Source: Candidatus Methylacidiphilales bacterium (GTDB lineage Bacteria; Verrucomicrobiota; Verrucomicrobiia; Methylacidiphilales; JBCBYL01). From it: a stretch of DNA of 64,000 nt. The stretch is from assembly GCA_050329585.1 (NCBI GenBank), contig JBHJOR010000046.1:6658-70657 (forward strand), read 5' to 3'. The translations under genes and the position numbers were made by a program. Positions 59,462-64,000 of the stretch are shown one piece after another. Every line of letters starts with the position of its first letter. The first letter of the stretch is position 1. The notes beneath the pieces were generated by a model. The model was given only the letters and a program-made list of their open reading frames with translations, was not told the origin of the DNA and made no database searches.

Positions 59462-60781
59462 TTAACCTGCATAATCAAAGCGCACCACCGTGTCACGCGG
59501 GTCGGGCAGGGGGTAGGTCCAGGCGGTGGGGTGGGCGAAGTTGAAGAAGATGTCGTCCGGGTTATCGAAGGTCTGCACACCGGGGTTCCAAAAATCCGCG
59601 ATGAGCACCTCCGCGTTGTGGGCCAACAGGCGGGCATGGGAGACCTTGCCGCGCAGTCCTTCGAGTGAGATATTGCCGATAACCTCTTCCATGATGTGGG
59701 CATAAAGCGTGTCACCCTTTCGTGTAAAACGGCCCCACTCGGGCTTCGGCAGTCCGGACGCTCCCGCTCCGTAGATCGACTCACCGTTGAGCCGCAGCCA
59801 GCCGCCGACTTCCTCCAGAATGTCGAGGGCTCGCGGCGGGATGGTGCCGCGCGCATCCGGGGAAACATTCAGCAGGAGGTTGCCGTCTTTGGAGACGCAA
59901 TTGACCAGCGCACGGATAATCGCTTGCGGCGATTTCCAAAGCGTGTCCGTGGCGGAGAAACACCACGAATTGGTCAGCGTAAACCAACCCTCCCACGGCA
60001 TGGGTTCACCCGCATCATCACACAAACATGCGCGCGGGAGATTCTGTTCGGTTTGCTCATAGTCGCCGGCAAACGACGGGCGGGGAATACGTTTACGCGC
60101 CTCGTTCGCCCAGCGGTCGTTGAAAATCATGGCGGGTTGCAAGGCGCGCAGCTTCGATTGGATTTCCGTCGCGCCCCATTTTTCCCCGACGTAGTCACCG
60201 TAAGAAAAATCCACCACCAGCGAATCAATGGTGCCGTAGTTTGAGCACAGCTCGATGAGTTGGCCATGCATGTAGGCTACGTAGCGCGACCAGTCGCACT
60301 GCGCGTCGCGCGTGCGTGCATCGGGGTGATCGCGGAGAGGGTGCTGGCGGTCGCCTGCCGCTGGGTAGTCCGGGTGGTGCCAGTCCACCAGAGAATAATA
60401 GAGCCCGACCCGCAGTCCTTCGGCGCGCATGGCATCGACCCACTCGCGCACCAGATCACGTCCCGCCGGAGTGCGGGTTGCATTATAATCGGTGAGTGCT
60501 GAATCAAAAAGGCAGAAGCCGTCGTGATGTTTGGTGGTGAGAACGCCGTAGCGCGCGCCCGCGATTTTGGCCGACCGGGCCCAGCGTGCGGCCCAGCCCG
60601 GCTCCGGGTTGAACGTATCGAAATAACGCTGGTAATCGGCGATGCTCATACGTTCGGACGAGCGCAACCACTCGCCGCGGGCCGCCACTGAGTAAAGTCC
60701 GAAATGGAGAGACATGCCGAAGCGGCTTTCCTGCCACCAGTTGAGCCGTGAGTCGTGCGGATGAGATAATTGGGTTGTCAT
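59462..60781 (-). CDS. alpha-L-fucosidase (GH29)
   Basis: Carries WWQESRFGMSLHFGLYS and YGVLTTKHHDGFCLFDS, which are typical GH29 motifs. 439 aa. Confidence 0.88.
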   Translation of the reverse strand: MTTQLSHPHDSRLNWWQESRFGMSLHFGLYSVAARGEWLRSSERMSIADYQRYFDTFNPEPGWAARWARSAKIAGARYGVLTTKHHDGFCLFDSALTDYNATRTPAGRDLVREWVDAMRAEGLRVGLYYSLVDWHHPDYPAAGDRQHPLRDHPDARTRDAQCDWSRYVAYMHGQLIELCSNYGTIDSLVVDFSYGDYVGEKWGATEIQSKLRALQPAMIFNDRWANEARKRIPRPSFAGDYEQTEQNLPRACLCDDAGEPMPWEGWFTLTNSWCFSATDTLWKSPQAIIRALVNCVSKDGNLLLNVSPDARGTIPPRALDILEEVGGWLRLNGESIYGAGASGLPKPEWGRFTRKGDTLYAHIMEEVIGNISLEGLRGKVSHARLLAHNAEVLIADFWNPGVQTFDNPDDIFFNFAHPTAWTYPLPDPRDTVVRFDYAG

Positions 60782-60860
60782 GGAGGTAGAAACTAGGATT
60801 AAGTGATGGATCCTTCAAGTTTGCTCGACGACAAAGAGTCAGATTGAAAAACGGGAGTTT

Positions 60861-60939
60861 AACCACAGAGGACGCCGAGTTACACAGAGGTTTTTAAATC
60901 CTAAATCCTACCCTGTGTCGCTCTGTGCTCTCTGTGGTA
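60861..60939. repeat. imperfect palindromic REP/MITE-like element built from CACAGAG units
   Basis: The left arm AACCACAGAGGACGCCGAGTTACACAGAGG pairs with the right arm CCCTGTGTCGCTCTGTGCTCTCTGTGGT around an AT-rich loop containing AATCCTAAATCCTA. AGGATTA/GGATCC motifs flank it on both sides. Confidence 0.55.
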
Positions 60940-61014
60940 AAAATGGATCCAGGATTAGAGTGCGGCTCTTTCTTCTTAGTCGAGCGGTGAATATCCGGCC
61001 CGTTCGGCAGAACG

Positions 61015-63288
61015 TTATTGAATCCTCAGGGATACAAGCCGGCAGGGATAGAGATCTAATATGACGTGACCGTCATGAACCGGCAGTGGCTCTCCCGTGG
61101 CGGCATCGACCACCCGTCCATTTCGAGGAAGGCGGATCGAGATTTGCTTTTTTGACATATAAGTTGGATTCACCACCGCCAGCCAGATCCCGTGTGGACT
61201 TCCATCTATTTGCTTTACCACCACGTCGTCATCCGAAGCGGCACCTTCCAGCTTGAGGGCGGGCAACGCCGGCAAGGACAGGAAGGCGGCATTGAAATTC
61301 CTCACGTAACCCGGCTCGAATCGATTAAAATGATTGGATGCCAGGTAGCCGATGTGGGTGGGGTTCCCGTTGGCCACGGCTATGGCCTCAGCCAGCATGA
61401 CGTAGGGGCCTGTCCGGTCCATGTCGCAGACAAAGTAGCCCAAAGGATCGAATTTTCCCCCTTCCTTTTCTTCGCGCAGCATGTCTTCGTTCAGACTGTA
61501 ATGGCGGATCATGGCAAGACCCGAGGGAGTGGAGAATGCTTTCAGAGCCTCGGAATCAGCCACTGTAAATTTGCGACTAAAGCTGTACGAAGGAAGCACT
61601 CCTTGGATATCTTGATAGTTGGAGGGATCTTGGCGGGGGACAGCGTGCTGCCATTCCCACTTGCCCCATGTGCCGTGAGGTGTGGTTTGTGCAAGAAAGG
61701 ACCAGCGCTCACGGATGGCCACCTTCAGTGGAGCCGGCGGTTTCTCTAAATCCACCGTGTCCCAAACGTGGGGGTTTTCCGCCACCAGGCCGACCTTACC
61801 ACTGGGTTGCAGACTGCCGGGTTCGGCGGGATCCGCAGTATAAATGACCACCGCATCGTTCAAGCCCGACTCGTTGAGGTAACCGACCACCTTATTGAGG
61901 AATTCCTTCCGCTTGTCTTTCCACCAGGAGATGTAGGCGTCGTAGAGAACGGGATCATGGCGGAGTTGTTCCCGGGTCACGGCGGTTCCCGAACGGGTTT
62001 CATCACTGAATCGTTTTAGAGTCGCGTCGGCAAAGCCGATAGGAAGCATGCTCGAGCGGGGTCTCAGCCAAGCTCCCACAAAGTCCGCATGGTTCAACTG
62101 ATCCACGATGGTGATTTCCAGCATCTTGCGAAAATCTTCAAAGGTATCCGGGTCGGTCAAGTCAGCCCGGGCCTTTTCTGTCCATGCGATGTGTGTGTAA
62201 TTTTCTTCCTCGCCCAGCGGGATGGCGCGTTTCTGTTTGCCTAAACCCTTTTCACCGAGACTGCCGGAATACTCGTAATAAGGCAGCACCGAGAGACCGT
62301 ATTGCCTGGCGGTCGCGATCATACGAGTCCAGCGCTGTGGATCATGAGACTGATAGACCCAGTTATTCCCTCCGTATTTGGCGGAATCCCATCCTTGGTT
62401 GGCACCGAATTCGAGCAAGTCTTTTCCCATGGTATTCATCCCGAGAAACTTCATCAACTGCGCCTTACCCACATACCAGTCATTGGAATCATCAAAGCCG
62501 TTTTCTTCCCGGGTTCCACCGATCACCCCATCGGCCATTTCCTCGCGAAAAAAGAGATGACGCCGGGGCAGGCCGGGCGGAGGGAAATAGAGGTCGAGGC
62601 TTAGCACATCCATCGGCGGTGCCTGATAAAGCCGGATGGCGGAAACCGCAGCACCACGGGACAGCGGATCCTGTTCCGGTGGCAACTGACTGATATACAC
62701 CCAGAATCCATCCTCCGGTTTCATGGTTCGTTTCGACATCGCTGGATCGGGCACCTCTGCGCCACGGATGCCGGCGATTTCTGACGATCTATCCTGCAAA
62801 AACATTAACATGCGCGCCTGACGGAACGTGCCGGAAAGGGGGATATCCAGCGACTCGGCGTGATTGTTCACATACCTGGGCTTGAGGGCATCGCCGGTGG
62901 AAGTGCCGGTATAAAAGCCCCGCCACGTGCCGTTCCCTCCGTTGCGAATTATCATGGATCGCGGTTCATCCTCGGGATATTCAATTTCCAAAAAATAGTT
63001 CGTGGTGGCCTTCAGACCTTTTCCTCTGCCGATCAAGTAGCCGAAATACTTGATACCGGGTGCTTCACCCGGAATGACGCGGACCTTCTTACCCAAAACC
63101 TCTTTCACCTCAGAAATACCGGGGGGATATTCCTTAAAAACCGATGGATCATCCGGCTGATCCGCAACGCGAATCTCTTCAATGAGCTGTAGCGTATCCA
63201 GAAACGGCACATCACCCGAGCCGTGTGCGGATGAAAAAAGAGCTCCACTTAGCGTCATACCGAGCAGTGTGGAGTGGAGTTGATTCAT
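61015..63288 (-). CDS. large secreted hypothetical protein, possibly a carbohydrate-active enzyme
   Basis: Signal peptide MNQLHSTLLGMTLSGALFSSAHG. 757 aa, directly upstream of the GH29 fucosidase on the same strand. No motif I can assign. Confidence 0.55.
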   Translation of the reverse strand: MNQLHSTLLGMTLSGALFSSAHGSGDVPFLDTLQLIEEIRVADQPDDPSVFKEYPPGISEVKEVLGKKVRVIPGEAPGIKYFGYLIGRGKGLKATTNYFLEIEYPEDEPRSMIIRNGGNGTWRGFYTGTSTGDALKPRYVNNHAESLDIPLSGTFRQARMLMFLQDRSSEIAGIRGAEVPDPAMSKRTMKPEDGFWVYISQLPPEQDPLSRGAAVSAIRLYQAPPMDVLSLDLYFPPPGLPRRHLFFREEMADGVIGGTREENGFDDSNDWYVGKAQLMKFLGMNTMGKDLLEFGANQGWDSAKYGGNNWVYQSHDPQRWTRMIATARQYGLSVLPYYEYSGSLGEKGLGKQKRAIPLGEEENYTHIAWTEKARADLTDPDTFEDFRKMLEITIVDQLNHADFVGAWLRPRSSMLPIGFADATLKRFSDETRSGTAVTREQLRHDPVLYDAYISWWKDKRKEFLNKVVGYLNESGLNDAVVIYTADPAEPGSLQPSGKVGLVAENPHVWDTVDLEKPPAPLKVAIRERWSFLAQTTPHGTWGKWEWQHAVPRQDPSNYQDIQGVLPSYSFSRKFTVADSEALKAFSTPSGLAMIRHYSLNEDMLREEKEGGKFDPLGYFVCDMDRTGPYVMLAEAIAVANGNPTHIGYLASNHFNRFEPGYVRNFNAAFLSLPALPALKLEGAASDDDVVVKQIDGSPHGIWLAVVNPTYMSKKQISIRLPRNGRVVDAATGEPLPVHDGHVILDLYPCRLVSLRIQ

Positions 63289-63364
63289 GAGCAGAAGCGG
63301 GGTCTCTGAGATTCAACGTAAACGAGCCTACACCGTAGCGGTGCTTGCAGGTGAAAAAGGGGGA

Positions 63365-63664
63365 TCATGCGTCTGCGAGTTCCCGCGCATGTGGGATATC
63401 TCTGGTTTCGAGCGGGCGAAGTTGGCTGCGCTTCAGCGTAGCAAGTGCCACAGTGTGTCCATCGTAGCCGACAAATTCAACTTCGTAGGCCACGCCTTCA
63501 CCATGCACCAGCACGGCAGTGCCTACATCTCCCGCAGTGAGTCCGTGCTCAGGCAGGTCACAGGTGAGTGCTACGCAATCGAGTTCGTTAATGGTTTTTA
63601 TGATTTTGGTAATGGATGAGCGGTGATGAAGCGCGGCGTATCGTTGCCACGATATATAAACCAC
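63365..63664 (-). CDS. DUF4926-like protein (start uncertain)
   Basis: INELDCVALTCDLPEHGLTAGDVGTAVLVHGEGVAYEVEFVGYDGHTVALATL fits the DUF4926 pattern as I recall it. There is no canonical start codon at the expected domain start (~63601, ATA); the nearest is GTG at 63664. Confidence 0.45.
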   Translation of the reverse strand: MVYISWQRYAALHHRSSITKIIKTINELDCVALTCDLPEHGLTAGDVGTAVLVHGEGVAYEVEFVGYDGHTVALATLKRSQLRPLETRDIPHARELADA

Positions 63665-63812
63665 GCGCTGCGGCAAGCACCTGCCATGGGTCGGCAACAA
63701 AGCCGAAATGCAGGAAGAACGCAGCTTTGCTGCCACCTACTGGATGCGCTGTGTTGAGAAGGTAGAGCTTCAGCTCATCGATCACGGCGTGCTCTGCGTT
63801 TGGTAGCCTCAT
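63588..63812 (-). CDS. DUF6883-like protein, short form
   Basis: MRLPNAEHAVIDELKLYLLNTAHPVGGSKAAFFLHFGF matches the N-terminal DUF6883 pattern (LPNAE-A-I...YLL...HP-G-KA-FF) as I recall it. The central region seems to be missing. Confidence 0.45.
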   Translation of the reverse strand: MRLPNAEHAVIDELKLYLLNTAHPVGGSKAAFFLHFGFVADPWQVLAAARGLYIVATIRRASSPLIHYQNHKNH

Positions 63813-64000
63813 TGAGCGGAGCCGATCCAAATTAGAGGGAGAAGCGATTGGGATTCATCAATGCGTTACGTTTTTCAAGGATGTGAGGAAGCACGGATGG
63901 CAACAGAGCCGCCGCATGGAGCAAGGGAAGCCGTGGATTATCCGTCGAGGCAGGACCGCCGTGATCCCAATCACGGAACTCCAATTCCGCACCAGTCATA

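Overview
This is a gene-dense 64-kb bacterial chromosomal segment. By eye it is moderately GC-rich, with a few AT-richer patches.

Origin (inference only): a PVC-superphylum, Verrucomicrobiota-like organism. The pointers are a GTP-type PEPCK, a MurA with Asp in place of the fosfomycin-target Cys, Arg/Ser/Pro-rich tails on Der and on an RRM protein, Tat-lipoprotein hydrolases and a CACAGAG-type palindromic repeat.

Most of the window is housekeeping:
- Central metabolism and biosynthesis: class I fumarase, pckG, purN, murA, DAHP synthase, msrA, glnB and crcB.
- Translation: metG.
- Replication: a gyrB-gyrA pair.
- A tightly packed gltX-glnS-pgsA-der string.
- An isolated nuoA.

I recognised no rRNA, tRNA, CRISPR array, transposase or integrase.

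Four accessory patches stand out:
1. 34.3-46.1 kb holds three Flp-type prepilin genes embedded among glycosyltransferases (GT28-like, GT87-like, two polyprenyl-phosphate GT2s), three to four large polytopic GT-C-like or unknown membrane proteins, and a fused membrane/spermidine-synthase-like protein. It has no Tad/Cpa secretion genes. This is my best candidate for an undescribed system, namely dedicated periplasmic modification of Flp pilins.
2. 55.6-59.4 kb is a small defence/toxin-antitoxin (TA) island. It holds a GmrSD-like DUF262/DUF1524 nuclease with an unknown 166-aa partner, a ParD-like/zeta-like pair and a decayed nuclease remnant.
3. 7.1-10.4 kb holds a LuxR-family regulator followed by decayed paralog fragments, a small-protein/nucleotidyltransferase pair and a solo LuxR HTH.
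4. 63.4-64.0 kb holds a degenerate DUF6883/DUF4926-like pair.

All family assignments come from motif recognition in the supplied translations. No database search was run.
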